Positions 28,268-37,748 are shown, counted from the first letter of the stretch. The stretch: 64,000 nt of DNA from an uncultured Lachnospiraceae bacterium (GCA_934408585.1 CAKRVA010000003.1:139509-203508), one strand, 5' to 3'. The notes: generated by a model not told the origin, from the letters alone. Numbers and translations: made by a program.

Positions 28268-28657
28268 TTACTGACGGTTAAAATAATCAATTCCATCTGA
28301 CGGATAAAAATAAGTACGAATGTATCCATCCGTAGATACAATAACGAATTCATTGGTTTTTTCCAGATAATACACATCATCCCCGTCTTCTTCCTCTAGC
28401 TTATGAAAGGAATCGGCATTGAGGACAACTGCAGCTGCTGCCTGTTCATATTCCTCCGGCGTGGAAAATCCCATTTCTATTCCGTGCTTTTCATAATGTT
28501 CTTCACACGACTTTCTGCTTCGGAAGGTAATGGCAGTCTGTGTATCATTCTCCTGTGGTCTGTAATTATCCATGAATTTTGGCAGAATCAACAGCACAAT
28601 TGCTGCCGCTACCAAAAAGCTGCGCACCTTGTAATTTGTATTGTTTGAATTTTTCAT
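28268..28657 (-). CDS. small membrane-anchored protein of unknown function
   Basis: N-terminal TM (FLVAAAIVLLILP), an extracytoplasmic domain of about 95 aa, and a good RBS (GGGGGAGAAG). Confidence 0.5.
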   Translation of the reverse strand: MKNSNNTNYKVRSFLVAAAIVLLILPKFMDNYRPQENDTQTAITFRSRKSCEEHYEKHGIEMGFSTPEEYEQAAAAVVLNADSFHKLEEEDGDDVYYLEKTNEFVIVSTDGYIRTYFYPSDGIDYFNRQ

Positions 28658-28733
28658 TGTCTTCTCCCCCTTGACGAATTAAAACTATCTTTATAAAATA
28701 AAATTACCATATTAACGAAAAGAAGTAAATCTA

Positions 28734-29390
28734 ATGAACAAAAAAGAACTAACCAAAAGATACCTTTTATTTATTATCAGTCTGTTTTTCTCCGCCTTAG
28801 GCGTTGCCTTTACCAAACATGGTGAGCTTGGAGTTTCCCCTACTTCCTCCATTGCAAATGTAATAAGCTGTAAATATACCTTCTGGTCGCTTGGTACATT
28901 ACTTATTATATGGAATTGTATTCTGATTCTTGGTCAGATTCTGATTCTGCGGAAAAATTTCCAGCTCATTCAGCTTTTGCAGATTCCACTTTCCTTTTTG
29001 TTTGGCTGGTTTACCGATTTTGGCATGTGGATTGTTTCTTATATTCCGGTAAATTCTTACGCCATGCGGCTTCTTATGGTAGTGATTGGCGTCATTATCC
29101 TTGGGTTTGGCATTGCTCTTTCTGTCATTGCAGATGTCATCTTAAATTCCGGTGAGGCATTCGTCAAGGCCATTTCGGATACTGCAGATAAAAATTTCGG
29201 CAACGTTAAAATTGCTTTTGATATTACCTGCGTAGTCCTCGCCATATTGTTGTCGCTTATCTTTTTCGATTATAAAATTGTGGGAACACGTGAAGGGACC
29301 ATTATCTCTGCGCTCTGCACCGGTATGGTAGTAAAAGCATTTACCCAAAGACTGAGTACACCGCTTAATCAGCTTCTGACCCGGAACTGA
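28734..29390 (+). CDS. YczE/YitT-like integral membrane protein
   Basis: LFIISLFFSALGVAFTKHGELGVSPTSS is the typical N-terminus of this family. About 6 TM. Confidence 0.55.
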   Translation: MNKKELTKRYLLFIISLFFSALGVAFTKHGELGVSPTSSIANVISCKYTFWSLGTLLIIWNCILILGQILILRKNFQLIQLLQIPLSFLFGWFTDFGMWIVSYIPVNSYAMRLLMVVIGVIILGFGIALSVIADVILNSGEAFVKAISDTADKNFGNVKIAFDITCVVLAILLSLIFFDYKIVGTREGTIISALCTGMVVKAFTQRLSTPLNQLLTRN

Positions 29391-30570
29391 TTTCCTTTGA
29401 TAACCACTTTTTATAAGTCCCGTCGATAGCAAATGCTCCCAACGGTGCGGTCAATACAATCGCCAGAACCGCTACCGTTAAAACGGTGTCGCCACATGCA
29501 AAACCGAGTGCAAGTGGGATTCCTCCGATTGCTGCCTGTACTGTAGCTTTGGGAGTATAAGCCAGCATGGTAAATAGTTTCTCTTTTCCGCTAAGCTTTG
29601 TTCCAAGCAGACACACGTACACTCCTAGCATCCGGAACAACAGTGCTCCAACAATTACAAGGAGTGCCTTGATACCAACCTTTCCAAGATATCCGATATT
29701 TACGGTTGCGCCAACCAGTGCAAACAGGAACACCTCAGCGGCAACCCAGAGTTTCGCATATTTTGCGGCCAATCTTTTTGCCACATTCTCCCGTTTTCTT
29801 TGCAAACCGATACCGATAAACATAATTGCAATCAGTGCAGAAAAGGTAATTGGTGTTGTCAATGCATCTTCAACAACTACAAGCAAAAATGAAATACTGA
29901 GTATAATCAGAACCTTCGCCGTATCCCGGATATGTATTTTTTTGAAAAACAATGCCAGTAAAACTCCCAGGACAATTCCTATCGTGATTCCAAGTAAGAT
30001 GGAGATTGGTATGTTCACAAAACGAATGACTGATGCACCTTTCCCCTGCATCATTCCGATAAACGTGGAAAACAATACAATCACGTAAACATCATCCACC
30101 GAAGCTCCGGCAATAATCAGTTGCGGAATTCCCTCTTTGACACCATATCCCTCGTCCATCAGTTTAATCATCCGTGGCACTACAACAGCCGGCGAAACTG
30201 CCGCCAAAACTGCCCCAAGAATTGCTGCTTCCAGCACACTCATTCCCATAAGTCCAGGTGCCAGTAAAATCATTCCAATTAATTCAAAAGATGCCGGAAG
30301 AAAGCACATCATAATTGCCGGTCTTCCTATTTTCTTTAGGCCGGATATATCCAGTCCCAATCCAGCCCTTGTCAAAATAATAATAAGCGCTATCTGCCGC
30401 AATTCAGCTGATATTCCCAATATGCTCCCATCAATCAGATTCAGCGCATACGGTCCAAGTACCATTCCCGTAATCAGCATTCCAAGCAATCCCGGAAGCT
30501 TTACCTTTTGGCATAGCCACCCCATAAACATTCCAACCATCAGAATTAGTGCAATACTTAATAACATCAT
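29365..30570 (-). CDS. cation:proton antiporter (Na+/H+ exchanger family)
   Basis: 401 aa, about 12 TM, Na_H_exchanger-like. Overlaps the convergent gene by 26 nt. Confidence 0.8.
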   Translation of the reverse strand: MMLLSIALILMVGMFMGWLCQKVKLPGLLGMLITGMVLGPYALNLIDGSILGISAELRQIALIIILTRAGLGLDISGLKKIGRPAIMMCFLPASFELIGMILLAPGLMGMSVLEAAILGAVLAAVSPAVVVPRMIKLMDEGYGVKEGIPQLIIAGASVDDVYVIVLFSTFIGMMQGKGASVIRFVNIPISILLGITIGIVLGVLLALFFKKIHIRDTAKVLIILSISFLLVVVEDALTTPITFSALIAIMFIGIGLQRKRENVAKRLAAKYAKLWVAAEVFLFALVGATVNIGYLGKVGIKALLVIVGALLFRMLGVYVCLLGTKLSGKEKLFTMLAYTPKATVQAAIGGIPLALGFACGDTVLTVAVLAIVLTAPLGAFAIDGTYKKWLSKEISSGSEAD

Positions 30571-30645
30571 TGTCCTCCTTTAAACGCAGAAAAAGCTGAA
30601 ATCATAACACAATGTTTATCTCCCTGCAAGGTAAAAAGTCACATC

Positions 30646-30674
30646 TTGAATTTTCCACCCGGATAATATATAAT
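30646..30674 (+). promoter_or_regulatory. consensus-like sigma-A promoter for the first small-peptide transcript
   Basis: TTGAAT-17 nt-TATAAT. Confidence 0.55.
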
Positions 30675-30770
30675 AACCATTGGTTACTTTATGATATGAT
30701 GTATTTACTTAGGGAGCCAATGGGGCGTTTTTATCAACTGCCGGACATCATCGGAAGGGAGTTGATGCCA

Positions 30771-30857
30771 ATGATTACATATTCGGATTTTATTCAATTT
30801 GTAATTATGCTTTGTGCCATTATAACTGTTATTGTTAATCTTGTGCATAAAAAATAG
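30771..30857 (+). CDS. 28-aa hydrophobic peptide, candidate type I toxin (holin-like toxin family), copy 1
   Basis: MITYSDFIQFVIMLCAIITVIVNLVHKK, with SD GGAAGGGAG 8-9 nt upstream. The 81-aa track ORF (30612-30857) is an in-frame artefact. Confidence 0.55.
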   Translation: MITYSDFIQFVIMLCAIITVIVNLVHKK

Positions 30858-30892
30858 TGCCCTCGCTCTGACAAAGTAAGGCACTATTTTTT
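30848..30892. terminator. bidirectional terminator after peptide copy 1
   Basis: AAAAAA-ATAGTGCC-loop-GGCACTAT-TTTTTT. Confidence 0.65.
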
Positions 30893-30943
30893 GACTTTGT
30901 TTTGCCGGCAGCTAGATATTCTCTAGCCATTGGCTCTCTTGTT
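30848..30943 (-). ncRNA. candidate antisense (antitoxin-like) sRNA, copy 1
   Basis: Minus-strand promoter TTGACC (30979-30974), 18 nt spacer, TATAAT (30955-30950), pointing into the shared terminator. The predicted RNA is about 95 nt and contains a GCTAGAgaataTCTAGC hairpin. Confidence 0.35.
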
Positions 30944-31068
30944 AAATACATTATAATACCACCTTTTATTGCAGGTCAAGTCTGCTTTTCATAATGTATT
31001 TGCCTGGGGAGCCAATGGGGCGATTATGCCAGCTGTCGGACATTTGTCATGGAAGGGAGCTGGTGTCT

Positions 31069-31155
31069 ATGATTACATATTCGGATTTTATTCAATTTGT
31101 AATTATGCTTTGTGCCATCATAACTGTTATTGTTAATCTTGCGCATAAAAAATAG
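31069..31155 (+). CDS. 28-aa hydrophobic peptide, candidate type I toxin, copy 2 (below the ORF-track cut-off)
   Basis: MITYSDFIQFVIMLCAIITVIVNLAHKK, with the same SD. Confidence 0.55.
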   Translation: MITYSDFIQFVIMLCAIITVIVNLAHKK

Positions 31156-31190
31156 TGCCCTCGTCCCAGCAAGATGAAGCACTATTTTTA
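31146..31190. terminator. bidirectional terminator after peptide copy 2
   Basis: AAAAAA-ATAGTGC-loop-GCACTAT-TTTTA. Confidence 0.55.
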
Positions 31191-31241
31191 ACATTTATCT
31201 TGCCGACGGCTAGGTGTTCTCTAGCCATTGGCTCTCTTGTT
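31146..31241 (-). ncRNA. candidate antisense sRNA, copy 2
   Basis: Same TTGACC-18-TATAAT minus-strand promoter (-10 at 31253-31248) as copy 1. Confidence 0.3.
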
Positions 31242-31309
31242 AAGTACATTATAATACCACCTTTTATTGCAGGTCAAGTCTGCTTTATATTATTTTAAGG
31301 AGGCATTCC

Positions 31310-31645
31310 ATGAATTTTATTCCAGAACGGTTAATTGCCCTGCGTAATTCTCTTAATATCAATAAAGCGGAAGCAGCCCGCAGATTAAACATGTCTGCCA
31401 TGGGATATGGGCGATATGAATCCGGTGAACGTGAGCCATCTTATCAGACGGTCTGTTTCATTGCACATACCTTTCATAGTACCCCCGATTATTTATATGG
31501 ACTATCAGACACCCCCGCCTCCAAAACCATAACGCTTTTGGAATCTGAGGACCCCGAATTATTTTCACTGGTTCAATCGCTTCAAAGTAACCACAATCTT
31601 ATCGGGCGATTATCTGCTTATGTCAAGCACCTGCAACAATTATAG
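31310..31645 (+). CDS. XRE-family helix-turn-helix transcriptional regulator
   Basis: RLIALRNSLNINKAEAARRLNMSAMGYGRYESGEREPS is a Cro/C1-type HTH. RBS AAGGAGG. Confidence 0.85.
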   Translation: MNFIPERLIALRNSLNINKAEAARRLNMSAMGYGRYESGEREPSYQTVCFIAHTFHSTPDYLYGLSDTPASKTITLLESEDPELFSLVQSLQSNHNLIGRLSAYVKHLQQL

Positions 31646-31676
31646 TATTGAGTTCTCTCCCTGCCCATTTTCGTCA

Positions 31677-32399
31677 TTACAACCCGAGGTATCTCATCAG
31701 TGTTTCCAATCCTCCCATTGGCACACAGAAGCTTGCATCATGTATTTTACATGCCTCATATACTTCTGCTAAGTCAAACCATTGCACACCATCCAGTTCT
31801 TCCTTCTGGATTACAAGACTCTCTATATCCACCGGTTCTTTATAGCAATATACAAATGCCACTTCCCGGTCCCGAAACATTTTTCCATGAAATTCTTTAT
31901 CAAATTTAACCGGGAATGTTCCTGCAAAAAACAATTGCGAAGCATCTGCCTGAATTCCAAGTTCCTCCGAAAACTCACGAAGTGCCGATTCTACTGGTTC
32001 ATCTCCTGCCTGGATGTGTCCGGCAGAGGAGGTGTCAAATTGCCCTGGAAAAGAATCTTTATTTGCTGACCTTTTTTGTAACAAAACCTGATATTTCCCA
32101 TTTATTTTTCTAACAATCCAGATGTGGGCTGCCCGATGACAAATTCCTTCTGTATGTGCATGACTCCGCTCTACCAGGCCGCCGGTAGGCTGTCCATTGC
32201 CATCACAGACATCAAATATTTCCTTATCCCATACTGTTCCCTCTTCCAGTTCATTCTCTTTCAGCCACTCCTCAAAAACAGAGAGTTCTCTGGAATTTCC
32301 CTTTTCATCCACTAACTTTACAATACATTTTTGTTTTTCATCCGGCTGTCTTTCTTCGCAACCGTATTCTCCATCAAATATTTGCTGTATTTTCCACAT
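31677..32399 (-). CDS. NUDIX hydrolase with an N-terminal extension of about 60 aa
   Basis: NUDIX box AGHIQAGDEPVESALREFSEELGI. Confidence 0.8.
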   Translation of the reverse strand: MWKIQQIFDGEYGCEERQPDEKQKCIVKLVDEKGNSRELSVFEEWLKENELEEGTVWDKEIFDVCDGNGQPTGGLVERSHAHTEGICHRAAHIWIVRKINGKYQVLLQKRSANKDSFPGQFDTSSAGHIQAGDEPVESALREFSEELGIQADASQLFFAGTFPVKFDKEFHGKMFRDREVAFVYCYKEPVDIESLVIQKEELDGVQWFDLAEVYEACKIHDASFCVPMGGLETLMRYLGL

Positions 32400-32405
32400 A
32401 TATTT

Positions 32406-33041
32406 TTAAAAAACCTCTTCCCGTTTTTTCAATTCCATTACAATACTATAATTGCAATGGATTTCCTTTTCCGTCAAAAATCCATAATTTTCAAAGTATT
32501 TTTTCTTATCACATGCAAAGAACTCCCGAAATGATTTGCAGCCAAGAGTTTCCAATAGGTACAATGGTGCATATTTTACCTTTGGGCTAATCTTCTTTGG
32601 GTTCTCCCACTCAAGAACGATTAACCTGCCATCCGGTTTCAAAACACGATAAGCCTCTTTTAATAAATCCGCACGTAACTGTGGCGAGCACTCATGAAGC
32701 ACCAATCCAAGAATCACATACTCAAAGCTTTCCTGTGGAAGTTTAGTATCTGTCGCATCTGCATTTCGCAAATAAACATTTTTCATAGATGATTTTACTA
32801 CTTTCCGTTTTGCCTCCCCCAGCATCTCTTTTGATAAATCAATTCCCATGATTTTATTGTTTGCATTCTTCTTCGCAATGGAAAATCCATTTGTAAATGT
32901 TCCACAACACAAATCGAGAATTCTGCATTTTTTATTTGGAATAAGACTCTGTATTACATCACGTGGATTCTTTCCTTTTTCGGAAAACCATATAACATCC
33001 AACAAATCATATGCTGTTGAAATAAATTGATAAATGCTCAT
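32406..33041 (-). CDS. class I SAM-dependent methyltransferase
   Basis: Motif I ILDLCCGTF, then motif-II/III-like spacing. Confidence 0.85.
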   Translation of the reverse strand: MSIYQFISTAYDLLDVIWFSEKGKNPRDVIQSLIPNKKCRILDLCCGTFTNGFSIAKKNANNKIMGIDLSKEMLGEAKRKVVKSSMKNVYLRNADATDTKLPQESFEYVILGLVLHECSPQLRADLLKEAYRVLKPDGRLIVLEWENPKKISPKVKYAPLYLLETLGCKSFREFFACDKKKYFENYGFLTEKEIHCNYSIVMELKKREEVF

Positions 33042-33105
33042 AAATGCTCCTTCCCTACTACTTCAGTTTGTTTTTTATAATATCACATTTTTCCATCACT
33101 TTCCA

Positions 33106-33134
33106 TTGACTATATAGAACATATGTTCTATATT
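33106..33134 (+). promoter_or_regulatory. promoter with an embedded LexA (Cheo/SOS) box
   Basis: TTGACT-17 nt-TATATT. The spacer contains AGAACATATGTTCT (33116-33129), matching the Gram-positive GAAC-N4-GTTC box. Confidence 0.7.
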
Positions 33135-33154
33135 TGATTTATGGAGGTGATTTT

Positions 33155-34429
33155 GTGAAACAATCCTGGTTTCTCTGCATTGATTTGAAAAGTTTTTATG
33201 CATCTGTGGAATGTGCGGAACGTAATCTTGACCCTTTTAAAACAAATCTGGTTGTTGCAGACCCGGAGCGTAGTCGTGGAACCATCTGCCTTGCCATTAC
33301 TCCTGCCATGAAACAGCTTGGTGTTAAAAACCGATGCCGGATTTTTCAAATACCAAAACAGATAAAATATATTGTTGCTCCTCCAAGAATGCAGCTATAC
33401 ATTGACTACTCTGCCCGGATTTACTCCATCTATCTTCACTATGTAGCCAAAGAAGATATTCATGTTTATTCCATTGATGAAGTATTTTTGGATATTACCG
33501 ACTATCTGCCACTTTATCATATGACTCCCAGGGAGCTTGGAAAACAGATTATGGATGAAATCTTTCACGAAACAGACATTCGTGCAACGTGCGGCATTGG
33601 GACGAATCTATACCTTGCCAAGGTTGCCCTTGATATTACTGCAAAGCACACATCCGATTTTATTGGAGAGCTTACTGAAGAAACTTTTTGCCAAAAGCTA
33701 TGGCATCACAAGCCCTTGACTGACTTCTGGCGAATCGGTCCCGGTATTGCAAATCGTCTTGCCACCTACGGCATGTTTTGCATGGAAGATATCGCACATG
33801 GAAATGAAGATTTGCTATACAAGGTCTTTGGCGTGGATGCAGAGCTTCTCATTGACCATGCATGGGGACGGGAAACAACCACAATGGAAGACATCAAAAA
33901 TTATCATTCCGACAATCACTGTCTTTCCAGCGGACAGGTGCTGCCCCGTGACTATTCTTTTGAAGAAACACGCCTGATCATAAAGGAGATGACCGACTTG
34001 CTCTGTCTTGATCTTGTAGATAAAGGGCTCATCACGAATAGCATTACGCTATACCTCGGTTACTCCCGCCTGTCGCAGACTACTTCTGCAAACGGAACTA
34101 TCCAGCTCCCCACAGATACCAATTCCGACCGTTTAATGATTCCGGCAGTTCTTGAACTGTATGACCGTATTGCAGATCCTGTATGTTCCATTCGTCGAAT
34201 TAATCTGAACTGTAACCAGGTGCATCCGGAGGAATACCATCAATATGATTTCTTTCTGGACAACGAACTTCTGATAAAAGACCGCAAAATACAGGAAGCT
34301 TCCTTAGAAATCAAGAAACGTTACGGCAAAAATGCAATTTTAAAAGGAATGAATTTAGAAAAAGGTGGAACTACCATAGAACGTAACCGCCAGATTGGAG
34401 GACACAAAAGTGGCATCGAACAGACCTAA
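33155..34429 (+). CDS. Y-family (UmuC/ImpB-like) translesion DNA polymerase
   Basis: FLCIDLKSFYASVECAERNLDP..., SIDEVFLDIT. GTG start at 33155 behind GGAGG. Confidence 0.85.
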   Translation: MKQSWFLCIDLKSFYASVECAERNLDPFKTNLVVADPERSRGTICLAITPAMKQLGVKNRCRIFQIPKQIKYIVAPPRMQLYIDYSARIYSIYLHYVAKEDIHVYSIDEVFLDITDYLPLYHMTPRELGKQIMDEIFHETDIRATCGIGTNLYLAKVALDITAKHTSDFIGELTEETFCQKLWHHKPLTDFWRIGPGIANRLATYGMFCMEDIAHGNEDLLYKVFGVDAELLIDHAWGRETTTMEDIKNYHSDNHCLSSGQVLPRDYSFEETRLIIKEMTDLLCLDLVDKGLITNSITLYLGYSRLSQTTSANGTIQLPTDTNSDRLMIPAVLELYDRIADPVCSIRRINLNCNQVHPEEYHQYDFFLDNELLIKDRKIQEASLEIKKRYGKNAILKGMNLEKGGTTIERNRQIGGHKSGIEQT

Positions 34430-34430
34430 A

Positions 34431-34739
34431 ATGGATCGTGCTCAACGTGCAAAGCAATTTATGCCATTTGCTGCACTAAAAGGATATGAAGAAGCATTGC
34501 GTCAAAAAGAAAAAATAACCATTCCCCCAATAGAACTTTCTGAAGACGTTCTCGCTCTTCTGGATGAACAGGCGAAACAACTCACCCCAGGAAGCATGGT
34601 CACGGTAACCTATTATGCCAATGGTGAATATATACAAAAAACCGGACTCCTTTCCCGTATGGATATGGAGTGCCGGTTTCTGCAAATTGTAGATATCAAA
34701 ATTCCATTTGATAATATTATTTCGCTTTCAGGAAATTAA
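34431..34739 (+). CDS. YolD-like protein (accessory partner of Y-family polymerases)
   Basis: MDRAQRAKQFMPFAALKGYEEAL is the YolD-family signature. Lies immediately downstream of the polymerase. Confidence 0.7.
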   Translation: MDRAQRAKQFMPFAALKGYEEALRQKEKITIPPIELSEDVLALLDEQAKQLTPGSMVTVTYYANGEYIQKTGLLSRMDMECRFLQIVDIKIPFDNIISLSGN

Positions 34740-34749
34740 AGGAATAACC

Positions 34750-36279
34750 TTATTCCTCCGTTTTCTGTGTCTGCAATTTCTGTGCCAGCTCTTTGATTTG
34801 TAGAACCATCTTTTCTACTTCCTCGATACCAGCACTGTTTTCCTGTGTTGCTGCTGCCACATGCTCAATTGCTTCATGATTGCTCTGCGTATTGTTGTTT
34901 ACCTGTTCCATGCTTCCTGCAACTTCTGTGCTTTGCAGCCGAACATTTTCGGTGGTTTTTTCCATTTCCTGAATCTGGTTTGCCATCTCCTGATTGGAGG
35001 TTGTAATAATGGTAGCTGAATTACCGGCATCCTGTATGCTCTTTCTTCCATCCTGTGTCAGCTGTGCGCTCTGTTCCATCGCCTGAACAGCTTTTTCGGT
35101 ATTTTCAACTACTTCATTTACGATGTTTCCAATATTCTCTACTGCGGACTTTGTCTGCTCGGAAAGCTTCTGAATCTGGCTGGCTACTACAGCAAATCCT
35201 TTTCCATGCTCACCGGCTCTTGCTGCTTCAATGGACGCATTCAATGCCAGAATATTGGTCTGGCTGGAAATGCCTGTAATTACCTGGATAATTCCAAGAA
35301 TTTCCTGGGATTCCTCGCCCAGATGCTGAATAATATCTTTGCATTCTGCGGTACTTTCATTAATATGTTCCATACTTTGAATCGCAGAATCCATTTTGCT
35401 CTGATTCTCTTTGGTCAGCTCATTAACCTGCTCGGCTAATTTTGCAATCTGGTCATTTCTGTTTCCTAATGCAATCAATTGTGCATTAATATCCTGCGTT
35501 TTTTCATTAACACTTGTAATTTCTTCGGTATTATCGCTGAAGCTGCGCAAAACGCCTTCCGTGTCCTGCACAATTTGTTCGTTTGCTACCATGGAAGCTT
35601 TCGCAATCACAGATAACTCTTTTACCATAGTAAGCAATGCTTCTGCCGTCTGGTTTGATTTTTCCTGCATTGCCTTCATATCTGCAACTAATTTTTCCTG
35701 CTCTTCCGCACCAAGTAAATTCGATAACATACCGGCTGTTCTTTCGCATAACATGGTAAAAATTGCAGCAATGGCAACTAGAATCAACGCTCTTGGTACA
35801 ATTCCAAATATGAACAGCTTGTATAGCGTAGGAAAGTTTTTATCCGGCAGCGTTTGTAATGCAAATCCAATCCATTGCCCAATGGAAACGCCAACTACCG
35901 ACAATATGGTTATCAGAATGTTCAACTTCTTTGAAAAATAAAGGCTTGCAATCGCAATGGCATAAATATAAATCAATACCACATGATAGCTTAGTGTAAT
36001 AGATGCCATCGTCACAAACACGACTGCTGAAATCGTCAATAGATATTTTACCCACGGTTGTTCCTTTTTCCCGACGTTTACTACAAATGTCGGCAACCAT
36101 AAAATTATGGAACCTACCACAAAGGTAAAGGTCATAATTTTCATATCAACAATAAAAATCCCCACGACATTTAAAATATACACCAGAGTAAAAATAAAAA
36201 ATGTAATCCGCATTACCTTGGCTACTGCGCGGTTTGCCTGTTTTTCATTCTGGTTCAATACATTGCTTCGTTCCTCCAT
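34750..36279 (-). CDS. methyl-accepting chemotaxis protein
   Basis: Highly conserved signalling hairpin [36 protein letters not shown], with a multi-TM N-terminus. Start is either 36294 or 36279. Confidence 0.9.
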   Translation of the reverse strand: MEERSNVLNQNEKQANRAVAKVMRITFFIFTLVYILNVVGIFIVDMKIMTFTFVVGSIILWLPTFVVNVGKKEQPWVKYLLTISAVVFVTMASITLSYHVVLIYIYAIAIASLYFSKKLNILITILSVVGVSIGQWIGFALQTLPDKNFPTLYKLFIFGIVPRALILVAIAAIFTMLCERTAGMLSNLLGAEEQEKLVADMKAMQEKSNQTAEALLTMVKELSVIAKASMVANEQIVQDTEGVLRSFSDNTEEITSVNEKTQDINAQLIALGNRNDQIAKLAEQVNELTKENQSKMDSAIQSMEHINESTAECKDIIQHLGEESQEILGIIQVITGISSQTNILALNASIEAARAGEHGKGFAVVASQIQKLSEQTKSAVENIGNIVNEVVENTEKAVQAMEQSAQLTQDGRKSIQDAGNSATIITTSNQEMANQIQEMEKTTENVRLQSTEVAGSMEQVNNNTQSNHEAIEHVAAATQENSAGIEEVEKMVLQIKELAQKLQTQKTEE

Positions 36280-36335
36280 ATTGACTGCCCCCATTCTTAT
36301 GTAAGATTGCGATATAATTGCTTCTTACTTTTACT

Positions 36336-37748
36336 TTACTTGAGCACTGGCGGATTGTCAATTTTCAATTCTTTATAGGTCATACAAATTAGTACTACCG
36401 CAATCAGGAATGTTAAAATATCGGATACCGGCATCGAATACAATACACCATCCAGCCCCCAGAATACCGGAAGGAGCAGTGCAAATCCGACCCCGAAAAC
36501 AATCTCACGAACCATAGACAGCATCGTGGATGCCACTGCCTTACCCATTGCCTGTAAAAAGATAAACGAAGCTTTATTAATACATGCCAATACAAGCATG
36601 CAAAGATAAATACGAAATGCCCGAATCGCAAAGTTCGTGTAATAGATGCTTTCATTTGCTGCTCCGAAAATTCCGATAAGCTGCACTGGAAAAAGTTCTA
36701 CAATCAACAATGCAACAACTCCAACGCTTCCTTCTGCCACTAAAAGTCTGGTAAACAGTTCACGGACCCTGCTTTTAAATCCTGCTCCCATATTAAATCC
36801 AACAATAGGAATACAACCGGCTGCCATACCTACTACAATGGAGATTACAATTTGGAAAAACTTCATTACAATTCCCACAACTGCCATTGGAATCTGCGCA
36901 TATTCTGTCTGTCCAAACACTTCATCCAAAGCACCATATTTACGTATCATATTATTGATTGCTGCCATAGCTGCAACAAGTGAAATTTGGGATAAAAAGC
37001 TACACGCTCCAAGCATCAGCGTTTTTCCAAGAATTTCTCTTTCAAATTTGAAATCTGTTTTGGAAAGTCTGATTACCTTAGTATGGCAAAGATACCAGAT
37101 GGCAAGCAACGCTGTTACAATCTGCCCGATTACCGTTGCGACTGCTGCCCCCATCATTCCCCACCGGAAAACATATATAAATATCGGGTCCAGAATCACG
37201 TTTAAAATTGCTCCTGCCAACGTAGAAGCCATTGCAAATTTAGGACTTCCATCTGCCCGGATAACCGGATTCATTGCCTGACCAAACATATAAAAAGGGA
37301 TTCCAACTGATATCCAGAAAAAATACTCCTGCGAGCATTGGAATGTTTCCGCATTGACGGTTCCTCCAAACATTGCAATGATTGCATCACCAAATACCAG
37401 ATAAATTATGGTCAGCAGAATACTGATGATTATCGTCAGCAAAATGGCATTTCCCATACTTTTACTTGCGTCCCCTGCCTTTTCTTTTCCAAGGCTCAAG
37501 CTCACAAATGCACAGCATCCGTCCCCAATCATTACTGCAAGTGCGAGTGCTATTACCGTGAGAGGAAAAACCACCGTATTCGCAGCGTTTCCATAAGAAC
37601 CGAGATAATCGGCATTTGCAATAAATATCTGGTCCACAATATTGTAAAGTGCCCCGACCAAAAGTGAAATAATGCATGGAATCGCATATTTTCCCATAAG
37701 CTTTCCAATTTTTTCTTCTCCAAGGTATGATTGATTTCTTTGTTCCAT
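36336..37748 (-). CDS. MATE-family efflux transporter
   Basis: 470 aa, 12 TM, MATE-like N-terminus (AIPCIISLLVGALYNIVDQIFIAN). Confidence 0.9.
   Translation of the reverse strand: MEQRNQSYLGEEKIGKLMGKYAIPCIISLLVGALYNIVDQIFIANADYLGSYGNAANTVVFPLTVIALALAVMIGDGCCAFVSLSLGKEKAGDASKSMGNAILLTIIISILLTIIYLVFGDAIIAMFGGTVNAETFQCSQEYFFWISVGIPFYMFGQAMNPVIRADGSPKFAMASTLAGAILNVILDPIFIYVFRWGMMGAAVATVIGQIVTALLAIWYLCHTKVIRLSKTDFKFEREILGKTLMLGACSFLSQISLVAAMAAINNMIRKYGALDEVFGQTEYAQIPMAVVGIVMKFFQIVISIVVGMAAGCIPIVGFNMGAGFKSRVRELFTRLLVAEGSVGVVALLIVELFPVQLIGIFGAANESIYYTNFAIRAFRIYLCMLVLACINKASFIFLQAMGKAVASTMLSMVREIVFGVGFALLLPVFWGLDGVLYSMPVSDILTFLIAVVLICMTYKELKIDNPPVLK

Larger units (their letters stand above)
30696..31288. 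repeat. tandem duplication (2 x about 295-298 bp) of a small-ORF/terminator/promoter module
   Basis: Unit 1 is about 30696-30990 and unit 2 about 30991-31288. Identity is high, with a 3-nt indel in the 5' UTR and scattered substitutions. Confidence 0.85.

Noticed and set aside
30612-30857. 81-aa ORF from the track
   Set aside because: Only the last 28 codons have an SD and are duplicated in copy 2. The upstream part spans the promoter and 5' UTR.
36295-36335. Sigma-28 promoter upstream of the MCP gene
   Set aside because: No CCGATA-type -10 is present in the 40-bp gap. Any promoter must lie inside the upstream MATE gene and could not be identified.
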